Origin: an uncultured delta proteobacterium
GTDB taxonomy: Bacteria; Desulfobacterota; Binatia; UBA9968
Direction: 5' to 3'
Assembly (NCBI GenBank): GCA_963816145.1
Contig: CAWFJP010000014.1
Location: forward strand, 96,001-160,000
Length of the DNA: 64,000 nucleotides
Each line of letters starts with the position of its first letter. The first letter of the stretch is position 1. This document shows, one piece after another, positions 31,435 through 40,761 of the stretch. A program made the translations under genes and the position numbers. The notes beneath the pieces are model-generated. The model did no database searches, was not told the DNA's origin, and was given only the letters and a program-made list of their open reading frames with translations.

Positions 31435-31683
31435 CTATTTCTTACCGATAAAATAGTCGGCATTGATTTTGGTGTATTCTTTCCATCGATCCGGCACCTC
31501 GCTGTCGGTAAAAATGGCGTTTACCGGACAGGCGGGGATGCACGCGCCGCAGTCGATGCAATCATCGGGATCGATGTAAAGCATCGGGTCACTGTCGGTG
31601 CCGTGGATGCAGTCCATGGGACAAACATCGATGCAGCCCTTGTCCTTCACTCCAATGCAAGGTTGGGTGATCACGTAGGTCAT
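31435..31683 (-). CDS. Dicluster (7Fe-type) ferredoxin
   Basis: MTYVITQPCIGVKD..CIDVCPMDCIH and CIDCGACIPACPV. Confidence 0.95.
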   Translation of the reverse strand: MTYVITQPCIGVKDKGCIDVCPMDCIHGTDSDPMLYIDPDDCIDCGACIPACPVNAIFTDSEVPDRWKEYTKINADYFIGKK

Positions 31684-31720
31684 GGTGTCAATGCTCCAAG
31701 CCGCGGCTATAAATTCAATC

Positions 31721-31801
31721 TCACCACGAAGGACACGAAGTTCGGAAAAGAGTCTTGTTTATATTTTTTCCCTTCGTGAGCTTCGTGCCCTTCGTGGTGA
31801 A
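31721..31801. repeat. CACGAAG palindromic element (2+3 units)
   Basis: tcac-cacgaag-ga-cacgaag-ttcgga...cttcgtg-ag-cttcgtg-cc-cttcgtg-gtgaa; followed at 31817-31861 by a cccttcg..ctcaggg hairpin and ctttgcg-cc-ctttgcg units. Confidence 0.88.
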
Positions 31802-31893
31802 GTATTCCGTTGCGAACCCTTCGATATAACTCAGGGCATGCTTTGCGCCCTTTGCGGGAGATATTTCCGAAATGCACTTGCAGCTTTGCTGCG

Positions 31894-33090
31894 TTACGCC
31901 GTGTGCAGTTTCTTGTGCTGCAATTTTGCGTGCTTGGCGGTGCAGTTGGGGATGGTACAGTACACCGGCTCAGGCGCGTTGTCGTAGCCTAACCACTTCA
32001 TGCGTTTCCAAGGCCGCTTGCCCCAAATGAGATCGTCGATCCAGAGTAACGGTTTAACGATCAGAACTCTTAGCTTTGGCGGGGTCGTTTTAACCGACCA
32101 CATCGCCAAATCATGATACCAAGTATCGGCTTTGTTGTAACAGCAAGAAGACACGCAGACGACGCAATTGGTCCATTCGCCGCGGCCGGCGAGCTTGTAT
32201 TTGTAACAGCTCTCGACGTTGATCGCGTATTTCTCGACGCCGTTGACCACCGTCTTGCCGCCAAACGGGATGCTGTGCGACGGACAAGTGCGCGCGCACT
32301 TTTTACAATACTTGCAAAACTCCTCGACACCGATGTCTACGGGCTTGTCCACCTTCAGCGGTAGGTCGCAGGTAACCACCGTCAAATGCAAACGCGATCC
32401 GTACTTTTCATGAATCAGCATGCCATGGCGCCCAAGCTCGCCCAGTCCGGCGCTGATAGCCAACGGTATGGGATTGACGGAGGAGCGGCCATGGTGGTGC
32501 GCCGTGGCGGGATAGCCCATCTCGCGAATGTAGGAGGCCAGCTGGAATGTCGGCACGATGGCGTGGTTGTTGCCGAACTGGTACTCGGTGTCGGAGATTT
32601 TGCTGTTATTGCTCATATACCGCTCGTAGGAGCTGGCGAAACCGAGGCAGATGGCATAGCGATGCGGCATGTTGATAGGGTCGCCCGGCTTCTCACCCAT
32701 GGCGGCATTGCCGCGCGCGCGATGGGAATAGACATAGAGCGGGTTGAGTTCGCAAATGCCGACCACGTCGGCGCCGAGGTATTGAGCGACGCCTTTGATT
32801 TGTTTTGCCATCTCGGCCGGATCGTCCACCGGGATTTGGTTCGGATTGACCTTTCCCTCGGGCGCCTGCTTCATGATCTGCTGCAGCGTGTTATTAGGAT
32901 CGCCTTCGCCGCCGCCGCCGAACAGCCGCCGGAACGGATCGCTGCCGGCGCGATTCTTGCGCCAGTCGCGCAGCCGCGCCCCGAACTCGCCGCGGTCGAC
33001 GCGGGGATGCGGCGTTTCGCGCTCGTCGAGTTGCCGCTGCGGGCCAACGATGCGGTAACTTCTGGGTGAGCTCTGTTTCGATGACAGCAT
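31894..33090 (-). CDS. Reductive dehalogenase-like cobalamin/Fe-S protein, no Tat signal
   Basis: DERET, IKGVAQYLGADVVGICEL, LASYIREMGYPATAH, AGLGELGRHG..I..KYGSRL...VTCDLPL..DKPVDIG, FCKYCKKCARTCP and CVVCVSSCCYN Fe-S motifs. Confidence 0.85.
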   Translation of the reverse strand: MLSSKQSSPRSYRIVGPQRQLDERETPHPRVDRGEFGARLRDWRKNRAGSDPFRRLFGGGGEGDPNNTLQQIMKQAPEGKVNPNQIPVDDPAEMAKQIKGVAQYLGADVVGICELNPLYVYSHRARGNAAMGEKPGDPINMPHRYAICLGFASSYERYMSNNSKISDTEYQFGNNHAIVPTFQLASYIREMGYPATAHHHGRSSVNPIPLAISAGLGELGRHGMLIHEKYGSRLHLTVVTCDLPLKVDKPVDIGVEEFCKYCKKCARTCPSHSIPFGGKTVVNGVEKYAINVESCYKYKLAGRGEWTNCVVCVSSCCYNKADTWYHDLAMWSVKTTPPKLRVLIVKPLLWIDDLIWGKRPWKRMKWLGYDNAPEPVYCTIPNCTAKHAKLQHKKLHTA

Positions 33091-33142
33091 GGGAAAATCT
33101 CCTTTCTGCTGTTCTCAAGAGGGTGTCGGACCGATGTCGCGG

Positions 33143-33219
33143 AATATACGCCTGCCCGACGAAGTGCGTCAAGGCTACGGAAATCCTGCTTGACAGTTGC
33201 GCGGGTGGAAGAATAGAAC
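33143..33219. promoter_or_regulatory. Candidate back-to-back sigma70 promoters
   Basis: Minus strand TTGACG-N18-TATATT (33172-33143) toward the dehalogenase-like gene; plus strand TTGACA-N18-TAGAAC (33190-33219) toward the SBP gene. Confidence 0.4.
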
Positions 33220-33246
33220 TTTTGCAGTCCATGCCGGGAGGTTTAG

Positions 33247-34227
33247 ATGAAGGCCAAACGGCTGTATTTGGCGTTGCTCATTTTCAGTTTTGCTGTGAGT
33301 TGGGTTCGCGTTGCCGCGCCGGCATCCGTGGAGCCGACGCGCCTGCGCATCAGTATCCCCGGTCTCGGTTCTACTTCCTACCCGTTGATCATGGCCCAGA
33401 AGAAGGGTTATTTCCGCGCCGAAGGTTTTGACGTCGAGCTGATACCCATGAGCGGCGGCCTGGCGGTGAAAACTTTGATGGCCGGCGAGGTTAATCTCAC
33501 TTCCGCCGGCACACTAGTGGCAACCATGCAGGGCGCCAAGCTGCGCTTGTTGATGGCATTTATCCGCCAGCTGCCCTACGACCTGGTGGCGGCGCCGGAG
33601 ATCAAGCGCGTCGAAGATTTGCGCGGCAAAAAAGTAGCTGTCGCCGATCGCGGCAGTGTGACGTTCATGGTGGCGCGGTCGATCCTTCAGGGGCATGGTT
33701 TGGAAGTCGACAAGGATGTGACGATCCTCGCCTTGGGCCGGCCCGATGTGCGCTATCAGGCGCTGATGATGGGCACGGTGCAGGGTGTGATTGCCAACAC
33801 CGACGGCACTGGCTTGCTCGAACCCAAGGGATTTCATTCGGTGGCCCAAGCCGGGAAGTACGGCAAGGGTTTCGCCGGCTCGATCTCGGTGACGCAGGAG
33901 TTGCTCGATAAACGGCCCGAAGAAGTCATGAAATATTTGCGCGCGACGTTGAAGGGTTCTCGCGCCTATCTAGCGTTGCGCGACGAAGCGATCAAGATTA
34001 CTTCCCAATGGACCAAGATCACCCCGGCAAACGCCGCCAAGGTCCATGATTATTTGTCTTCCGGTGCCTTGGCGCCGGATGGTATGCTCGATCGCGACAC
34101 CATGGAAGCGGCGATAAACGAAGCGCGCGAGTCGAGCGGCATCAAACGCGCCGTTAGGACCGAGGAGCTTTTCGATTTCCGCCTGATGCAGCGGGTCAAC
34201 GATGAACTGCAGGGTTGGCGGCCGTAA
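33247..34227 (+). CDS. NMT1/SsuA-like substrate-binding protein
   Basis: Signal peptide, AQKKGYFRAEG, DLRGKKVA, DKDVTIL, LFDFRL. Confidence 0.87.
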   Translation: MKAKRLYLALLIFSFAVSWVRVAAPASVEPTRLRISIPGLGSTSYPLIMAQKKGYFRAEGFDVELIPMSGGLAVKTLMAGEVNLTSAGTLVATMQGAKLRLLMAFIRQLPYDLVAAPEIKRVEDLRGKKVAVADRGSVTFMVARSILQGHGLEVDKDVTILALGRPDVRYQALMMGTVQGVIANTDGTGLLEPKGFHSVAQAGKYGKGFAGSISVTQELLDKRPEEVMKYLRATLKGSRAYLALRDEAIKITSQWTKITPANAAKVHDYLSSGALAPDGMLDRDTMEAAINEARESSGIKRAVRTEELFDFRLMQRVNDELQGWRP

Positions 34228-34237
34228 CAAAAATACG

Positions 34238-34273
34238 GTTCCAATCGTTCCAGCCGTTTCAGTTGTTCCAATG
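34238..34273. repeat. 9-bp tandem repeat GTTCCAnnn x4
   Basis: gttccaatc gttccagcc gtttcagtt gttccaatg. Confidence 0.78.
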
Positions 34274-34291
34274 GTTTTAGGAGGAATACGA

Positions 34292-35359
34292 ATGAGATTG
34301 CGAGTTGTCTGCGTTTTGTTTGTTGCTGCGGTTCAATTGTTAGTAGCTTCGCATCTGTTTGCCCAGGAAACGGCGGGCGCGCTACTTGCCAAGCTTGCCA
34401 AACTTTCTCCCGAAGCGCGGCAAAAGGCGCTTATCGATGGTGCGCGCGCGGAGAAAGAGGTTACTTTCTATAGCTCGCTGCAGCCGCCGCAAGTTGAACC
34501 TTTTTCACGCGCGTTTCAGAAGCGCTACCCGTTCATCAAGGTGAATGGTGTGCGAATTTCCGGTAGCAAGGTGGTGGTGCGGATTCAATCGGAGATGAAC
34601 GCCGGCAAGTCTCTTGTCGATGTGATCAATGTCTCCGGCGAGGAAGCGGCGGCGCTGAAAAAAGTCGGCACCCTCGACCCCTACCTTTCCCCGCAGCGCG
34701 AATTTTATCCGCCGTCGGCCAAAGACAAGGAAGGCTATTTTACCGCGATGTCCTTCCTAACGATGGTTTTGGGCTACAACACTAATTTGGTTAAACGCGC
34801 CGATGTGCCGAAGAGTTACGATGATCTGCTGCAGCCCAAGTGGAAAGGGCAAATGTATCTCGACAACGAGGCCTATGACTGGTTCGCCGTCCTGCTCAAG
34901 CACTTTGGCCGGGAGAAGGGGCTGCAATATATGCGTGCCTTGGCGAAACAGGATCTGACCATGATGCGCGGACGCACGGCCCAAGCCCAGCTTCTGGTGG
35001 CCGGGGAACGTTCCATCGGCATCGTTCAATCCGGTAACACCATGTTGGATTATAAAGCCAAGGGCGCGCCGGTCGACATGTCGATCTTGGACCCGTATCT
35101 CGCGTTGTCGAATTCCATCATGCTCGCCAAGCACGCGCTCCATCCCCACGCCGCAGCGCTATTGATCGATTGGTCGCTGTCGGAGGAGGGGCAGAGCGTG
35201 GTGACGAGCTTTGGCCGCGTCGTGTTGCGCAAAGGCGTCAAACAAAGATTCCCCGAGCTGATGGAAAAAGAGCTGTTCGTCGCCGACGGAGAATTCCTCG
35301 GGCCGATCTTAGAGGATAGCGCCAAGGAGTTCCGGCAGATTTTTCTAGGCGGACGATAA
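34292..35359 (+). CDS. Extracellular solute-binding protein (Fe3+/polyamine/thiamine, AfuA-like cluster)
   Basis: AGGAGG RBS; signal peptide; FQKRYPFI, GYNTNLV..PKSYDDLLQPKWKG, HPHAAALLIDW.LS.EGQ. Confidence 0.87.
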   Translation: MRLRVVCVLFVAAVQLLVASHLFAQETAGALLAKLAKLSPEARQKALIDGARAEKEVTFYSSLQPPQVEPFSRAFQKRYPFIKVNGVRISGSKVVVRIQSEMNAGKSLVDVINVSGEEAAALKKVGTLDPYLSPQREFYPPSAKDKEGYFTAMSFLTMVLGYNTNLVKRADVPKSYDDLLQPKWKGQMYLDNEAYDWFAVLLKHFGREKGLQYMRALAKQDLTMMRGRTAQAQLLVAGERSIGIVQSGNTMLDYKAKGAPVDMSILDPYLALSNSIMLAKHALHPHAAALLIDWSLSEEGQSVVTSFGRVVLRKGVKQRFPELMEKELFVADGEFLGPILEDSAKEFRQIFLGGR

Positions 35360-35533
35360 GATAGCTGTTCGGTTATTTTATCATTCATCTAGCCGGCATA
35401 GTTGAACCCGGCTGGGCCGTCGTCTCGTCGCCTATCGAATGAGTGGGCCACCCGAGCTGATTAACTGTCATAGCCCCACCCGAAGTCCCGGGTATGATGC
35501 GCGTTGCAAGAATCGCTTGTTCAAAAGCTCTGC

Positions 35534-36764
35534 TCAAGATCGAATTGGTTCAGGAGCTTCGACCAGGAGTCTGCGCACGATCCAGATGAAGGCTCCTGTG
35601 AGCACCAGATTGAGCGCGAGGCTTAAGGCCGCCACGGTGACGATCGGTCCACCGATACCGTAGCTGATACTGACGACCAGCACGCCGGCACCGACTTCGC
35701 CCCGCGGCCACATGCCGACGGCCAGGGCTAGTCGCTCCCGCCATTTGGCTTCTCGACGGTAACAGACCGCCGGAAACATTTTCCCTAAGATTCGCCAACA
35801 CAGTTACAACTAGTACATGAAAGAGCAGGGCGCTGATTTCCAGTGCGGGTTGCTGCGCGGTTACCGTATTGGCCGCATTGGCGCCGCCCGCACCAGCGAA
35901 TACGCTGGCCATACTGAGTCCAACACAGATCATGAAGACGCCCGAAATAATCGCCGCGACTCTCTGTTCGCCGGGATCTTCGGGTCCTTCTTGATGGCCC
36001 TCGACGGCATCGTCTCGATGGGGATCCGCGCCGGCGGGCCGCCGCATCATGCAGCCCAACACAAAGGCGGGCAGCAGCACTTCGATATGTATCGGCACTT
36101 CGTCGTTAATCATACTGGCGCCAATGGAAACCAATTCGCAGACCATCGAGATCGCGACGGCGTAAGTCAAAACCCAAGGCCAACTCGTCGGGATCGACCA
36201 CTGATGCAGATAGCGCCAGGCCAGCCAAAGCATGGCGATCATGAGGAGTACGACGGCGCCAAGTTGCCATGCGATACCGACGATCATCATCTTTAGCGGT
36301 ATCATTAAGAGGACGGTGTCGAGATCGTCAAATATCGCCAATACGCGCGCTTTGCGAAATAACCAGGTTCCGCTCAAGCCGGCGGCGGCTAGCATGGAAA
36401 ACAATACTCCGGCCGAGGTTGGGGCCGAAAACCGCCCGGCGAGCAAAATCTCGGTCCAGGCGGTCCATGACGCCCAGGCTGTCGCGGGCAGCATGACGAA
36501 GACAAAGTAGAGGCTAACAAAGACCCATGGAAATGCCGCCGCGGTCATGGCGACAAGGTAATCCCAGCCGTAGAGTTTCAGGTTCGATTTGTCGACCTCG
36601 AACTCATAGCCGACGTGGATCATGATAAATCCAAGACCGGTCAAGGTTAGAAAGCTGACGATACCATCGACGATCGCGAAATTCGAACCGGCCAGTTCCG
36701 GCAAAAACTTGGCAGTAACGAGACCGAAGACGAGAAGCGCTGAGAACGCTGCGACTTTCTTCAC
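35534..36764 (-). CDS. Cation:proton antiporter-like membrane protein (frameshift near 35785)
   Basis: Multiple TM segments, SAPTSAGVL, LAIFDDLD (CPA2-like DD motif), GMWPRGEVGAG in the shifted frame; lies downstream of a Ca/Na antiporter near nhaR. Confidence 0.75.
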
Positions 36765-36772
36765 GGGCGGCC

Positions 36773-37357
36773 TTATGTTGCAGCAGCCATGTCGTCGGGC
36801 TTGGCAGCGTATCTGACGTAGGCAATCGCCAGCGTCAATAGCGTTAGCGGCAGGATGAACTCCAACATGATCGCGCTGAAGGCAGGAAGGCTGTCGTGCG
36901 CTTGCGCTTTCAAGATGAGATAGGCGGTGTACGCGCCGTAGTAGAGCAGGAACAGAGCGCCTTCCCAGCGTGCGATCAGATGTCCCGTGAGAAAGATCGG
37001 CGCGCAAGCGAGCGCGACCGCGATCATGATCGGAATATCGAAAGTCAGCGCCGCTGGCGCGACGTTGATTCCCTCGGGAGTGACCGCGCTCGAAAGACCA
37101 AGAACCGCGAGGACGTTGAATATATTGCTGCCGACGACATTGCCAAGCGCGATATCAGCCTGGCCGGAGTAGGCCGACTCGACGCTGACCGCCATTTCGG
37201 GTGAACTGGTGCCGTAGGCGACAACCGTCAAGCCTATCACCAAAGGGGAAATTCCAGCGATCCCTGCCAGTCGGGAAGCACCGCGCACCAAGAAGTCGGC
37301 GCCGACGGTAAGCAGTAGTAATCCGCCGCAAAGAAATAAGATTTGTTCTAAGCTCAT
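36773..37357 (-). CDS. Ca2+/Na+ antiporter (YrbG/CaCA family), half-length, probably internally deleted
   Basis: GLTVVAYGTSSPE alpha repeat and only one GNVVGSNIFN; 194 aa versus two repeats in typical members. Confidence 0.75.
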   Translation of the reverse strand: MSLEQILFLCGGLLLLTVGADFLVRGASRLAGIAGISPLVIGLTVVAYGTSSPEMAVSVESAYSGQADIALGNVVGSNIFNVLAVLGLSSAVTPEGINVAPAALTFDIPIMIAVALACAPIFLTGHLIARWEGALFLLYYGAYTAYLILKAQAHDSLPAFSAIMLEFILPLTLLTLAIAYVRYAAKPDDMAAAT

Positions 37358-37447
37358 CGAATAACCGTCATTATTGATTTCTAACTAAATTAACTGGCTG
37401 GGTGGTGTCGATGGTTCGCGACTGCGGCTGTTGAATCTCTTCGGGTT

Positions 37448-37635
37448 GATTCCCCGCAGCTTGCTGCGTCAGAGATATCGCTAAGCCACCGTCCGTCATT
37501 CCCGCATGTTTTTAGCGGGAATCTAGGCGAATCCGGAACTGGACCCCCGATAAAGGCATTCGGGGGTGACGAGATTCGGAATCGTTCACATGCTGGGCTT
37601 TCGATACCCCGTAGCTTGCTGCGGGGTAGTTCATT
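37448..37635. repeat. Nested palindromic cluster: outer CCCCGYAGCTTGCTGCG direct repeats around a GTCATTCCCGC..GCGGGAATC / CCCCCG..CGGGGGTGAC doublet
   Basis: gattccccgcagcttgctgcg (37448) ... cgtcattcccgcatgtttttagcgggaatct ... ggacccccgataaaggcattcgggggtgacg ... gataccccgtagcttgctgcggggtagttcatt. Confidence 0.75.
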
Positions 37636-37661
37636 TTCCAGCCTTTGGAGTATTCCTGGCT

Positions 37662-38087
37662 CTAACCGGCTCGAAGCCTAATCGTCTTACGCCTGGGCGA
37701 GGTGTACTTTTTTAACCCGGCGCCAGCAAGTGGTAGTCGGTGGCGGTTTTCAATACTTTTCCGAATCAATCCTTGCCGCAGATAATCCGGATCGATTGCC
37801 AAGGTCTCGCAGATGTTGGCGAACGAAAATACCGAGCCTTGGTCCGTGCGGCCATGGAGCCAATTCAAAGCGTCGGCGAAATCGCGCCGTTGACGACTCG
37901 TGCAGCGGCGCAGATCCGTCATCAGCGTCGCCACGGCATCCTCAAGGATCGCCCCCATGAGCCGCAACTCCGGTTGCATTCGGGTGCTGCGCCGGTTAGT
38001 CGCCAGATACTGCGCCTCGGCCAGTGGGTCGGGCTGGAAAATCTTTTTGTAATCGACGGTTGTCTCACCAGATATGTACGTCGTCAT
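37662..38087 (-). CDS. Conserved hypothetical protein (ELRLM.AILEDA...FSF.NICE.L.IDPDYLR type)
   Basis: GAGGAG RBS, coherent helical sequence; motif recalled from uncharacterised proteins, no function assignable. Confidence 0.7.
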   Translation of the reverse strand: MTTYISGETTVDYKKIFQPDPLAEAQYLATNRRSTRMQPELRLMGAILEDAVATLMTDLRRCTSRQRRDFADALNWLHGRTDQGSVFSFANICETLAIDPDYLRQGLIRKSIENRHRLPLAGAGLKKYTSPRRKTIRLRAG

Positions 38088-38182
38088 TTGCCGTTCTCCT
38101 CTTTAGGGGGAAATCTCGCTGTCGAGTGGCAACATAATCATGGCCCGATAGTTTGACAAATTCATAATTTCGACTTAATCAT

Positions 38183-38199
38183 TAGTTAATTTCTAACTA
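38183..38199. promoter_or_regulatory. Putative LysR-type (NhaR) operator
   Basis: Inverted repeat TAGTTA-atttc-TAACTA just upstream of nhaR; similar sequence at 37369-37387 upstream of the antiporter. Confidence 0.5.
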
Positions 38200-38210
38200 C
38201 CGTCAGAACC

Positions 38211-39110
38211 ATGGAATGGCTCAACTATCACCATCTGCTTTATTTTTGGACTTTTGCCCGGGTCGGCAGCGTGGTGCGCGCCAGTGAAGAGCTTCATCTC
38301 ACCCAGGCCACGGTCAGTACACAGCTCAAGTCCTTGGAAGAGTCTCTTGGCGAAAAGCTTTTCCGAAAGGCCGGACGTAATCTTGTGTTAACCGAGACCG
38401 GCAAAGTGGTCTACCGCTACGCGGACGAGATCTTCTCACTAGGCAAGGAGATGTTGGGAACGCTTAAAGGCCGAGCGGATGGCCGCCTGGCCCGGCTCAC
38501 GGTCGGGGTCACGGACGTCGTGCCGAAATTCGTCGCCTATCTATTGATAGAACCGGCCCTCAAGCTTGCGGAGTCCTACCGAATCGTCTGCCGCGAGGGA
38601 ACTAACGAAGAACTGCTGCCGGCGCTGGCGCTGCATGAGATCGATGTAGTGTTGACCGACGCGCCAATCGCCCCGTCCTTAAATGTAAAAGCCTTTAATC
38701 ATTTGCTCGGCGAGTGCGGTATGACTCTTTTTGGCAGCGCCAATTTGGCTCAATCGTATCGCCGTAATTTCCCGAAATCCCTGGACGGTGCACCGTTTCT
38801 GTTGCCAACACGGAACACCACGGCGCGCCGTTCTTTGGATCAGTGGTTCGAGAGCCTGAATATCCGTCCACGGATCCTCGCTGAGTTTGAAGATAGTGCC
38901 TTGCTCAAAGTGTTTGGCAGCCACGGATTGGGTTGTTTCTTTGCTCCAACCCTGATCGTCGACGACGTCCGGCAACAATACAATGTGAAGGAAATTGGCC
39001 AGGTCGATAGTCTTCGCGAGCGGTTCTATGCGATTTCCCTCGACCGTAAACTCAAGCATCCCGCCGTGGTGGCGATTTCGCAGGCGGCAAAAATCAAACT
39101 GGGCGACTGA
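38211..39110 (+). CDS. nhaR: LysR-family transcriptional activator NhaR
   Basis: MEWLNYHHLLYFW N-terminus, EFEDSALLKVFG, FYAIS..RKLKHPAV; divergent from antiporter genes. Confidence 0.88.
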   Translation: MEWLNYHHLLYFWTFARVGSVVRASEELHLTQATVSTQLKSLEESLGEKLFRKAGRNLVLTETGKVVYRYADEIFSLGKEMLGTLKGRADGRLARLTVGVTDVVPKFVAYLLIEPALKLAESYRIVCREGTNEELLPALALHEIDVVLTDAPIAPSLNVKAFNHLLGECGMTLFGSANLAQSYRRNFPKSLDGAPFLLPTRNTTARRSLDQWFESLNIRPRILAEFEDSALLKVFGSHGLGCFFAPTLIVDDVRQQYNVKEIGQVDSLRERFYAISLDRKLKHPAVVAISQAAKIKLGD

Positions 39111-39306
39111 ATTCGAGCTGCTTGTTGGTCACCCTGATCGCATCGCTCCAGACAAAATTCTTGATCAATGTGCCACTGCGCGCCCAATGACCGCGTGGGT
39201 GCTGGTAGATTCTTGGCATGGTGAAACTGATGTTATACAGTCAGCCGACGCCGTGGCGGACTAGGTTTGCCGCGGTTGCAGGAACAACCGGAGTCTGGAG
39301 GATTGC

Positions 39307-40341
39307 ATGGAAGTAAAATCGATTAAAGAAACCCATACCGAACTGATGATGCAAAGCGTCAAGTTCGCCAAGGACGAGCAAGGACGGCGCAAGGGACAGG
39401 CGATTTTGTTCAAGTGGCCGGAAATCGAAAAGCAGTTGGGCGAGCATAAGCATATATATGTCGTCGATGCCCGGCTCGGTTCGAACAATCATACCCATCG
39501 GCTATGGTACGACGTGATCCCGCCGCATACCGAAGAAGGCCAGGAGTGGAAATCCCTCGGCCATCGCCACACGGTCGAAGCGATCATCTATTTTCTCAAG
39601 GGCAAGGGCCATAGCATCATCGATGGCGTGCGCTACGATTGGGGGCCGGGAGATCTGCTCAGCGTGCCGATGTTCTCCTGGCACCGCCATGTCAACGACG
39701 GCGATGAGCCGGTGCTACGCATCGCTTCGACCACTGGCCCGTTATCCTTGGCGCTGGGCCAAGCGGTGTATGAAGACGAACGCTATCCGGAGTTCTGGAT
39801 CTACGCGCAGGAAGGCGAGGATGCGCGCAATACCTTGATCCCTGGCGGCGGTGGCAGTGTCGAAGCCGCTAAGATCGGCAATAACCGCGCGGCGGAAATG
39901 TATGCCGAGCAGGTCGCCTTCGCCATGCACGAGGAGCAGCTGCGGCGCAAGAGCAAGGTTCTAGTGAAACAAAAGGATTTAGTGTTTGAGCCGACCGCGA
40001 TGGGCAATCTCGCCTATGTGGTCGATCCGCGCATCGGCTTCCACGCCAAAGCGCTCGGCGTGGTGATGGCGGAAATCCCGCCGGGCAAGCGGTCCGGCGC
40101 GCATCGACATCTTTACGATGAAATCAATCTCGTGGTTGGCGGCAAAGGCAAGATCATCGTCGAAGACAAGGAGTATAACTTCGATACCCTCGACGTGTTG
40201 TCGATTCCAGTGTTTCAGTGGCATCAGTACTTCAATACTGGCAGTGAGCCGTTGCGCATTCTCGGCATCAACACCCGCTTGGCGATGGACAATCTCGGCT
40301 TGTCGTTGACGCATCAGGGCGAGCAGGCGGACTATGTGTGA
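39307..40341 (+). CDS. Bicupin protein (gentisate 1,2-dioxygenase-like fold)
   Basis: Two cupin domains: HRHTVEAIIY..G.G / WHRH and HRHLYDEI / WHQY; GGAGG RBS. Confidence 0.8.
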   Translation: MEVKSIKETHTELMMQSVKFAKDEQGRRKGQAILFKWPEIEKQLGEHKHIYVVDARLGSNNHTHRLWYDVIPPHTEEGQEWKSLGHRHTVEAIIYFLKGKGHSIIDGVRYDWGPGDLLSVPMFSWHRHVNDGDEPVLRIASTTGPLSLALGQAVYEDERYPEFWIYAQEGEDARNTLIPGGGGSVEAAKIGNNRAAEMYAEQVAFAMHEEQLRRKSKVLVKQKDLVFEPTAMGNLAYVVDPRIGFHAKALGVVMAEIPPGKRSGAHRHLYDEINLVVGGKGKIIVEDKEYNFDTLDVLSIPVFQWHQYFNTGSEPLRILGINTRLAMDNLGLSLTHQGEQADYV

Positions 40342-40422
40342 GGAAAAAAGACGTGCACGTTGTTCGTGGTTCGTGATCGTCGCAATCGGCCGGGCATAAG
40401 ACCGGCAATCACGGACGTAAAT

Positions 40423-40687
40423 ATGATCGTGATTTTTACGTTCTTTCTAGCATTTTGTTCATCGGCCGGACGATCCGCCGGTGGCGCGGTTGCTGGTCGA
40501 TTTTTACCTGTCGGAGGAAGGACAGCGAGCGCTCAAGGAGATCGACAAGATTCCGTTGCGCAAGGGCGTCGAGCCGGATTCCAAGCGGGTGGCGGAGCTG
40601 ATCGAGCAAAGTCCGCATGTGATCAAGTATGAGGGCGATCCGGGTAAACAAATCAAGCAGTTCAATGAGATTTTTTTGGGACGGTAG
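40423..40687 (+). pseudogene. Internally deleted remnant of an AfuA-like solute-binding protein gene
   Basis: Signal-like MIVIFTFFLAFCSSAG followed out of frame by ARLLVDFYLSEEGQ...IPLRKGV...FNEIFLGR, matching the C-terminus of 34292-35359. Confidence 0.7.
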
Positions 40688-40702
40688 GCCGGAGAAAAAA
40701 TT

Positions 40703-40738
40703 GTTCCAGCGGTTCCAAAGGTTCCAATAGTTCCATTC
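40703..40738. repeat. 9-bp tandem repeat GTTCCAnnn x4
   Basis: gttccagcg gttccaaag gttccaata gttccattc. Confidence 0.82.
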
Positions 40739-40761
40739 GGATTTCACGAGAGGGAAAGATC

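Noticed and set aside
33091-33246. Cobalamin riboswitch upstream of the dehalogenase-like gene
   Set aside because: Region is short, occupied by candidate divergent promoters, and no B12-box consensus was seen.
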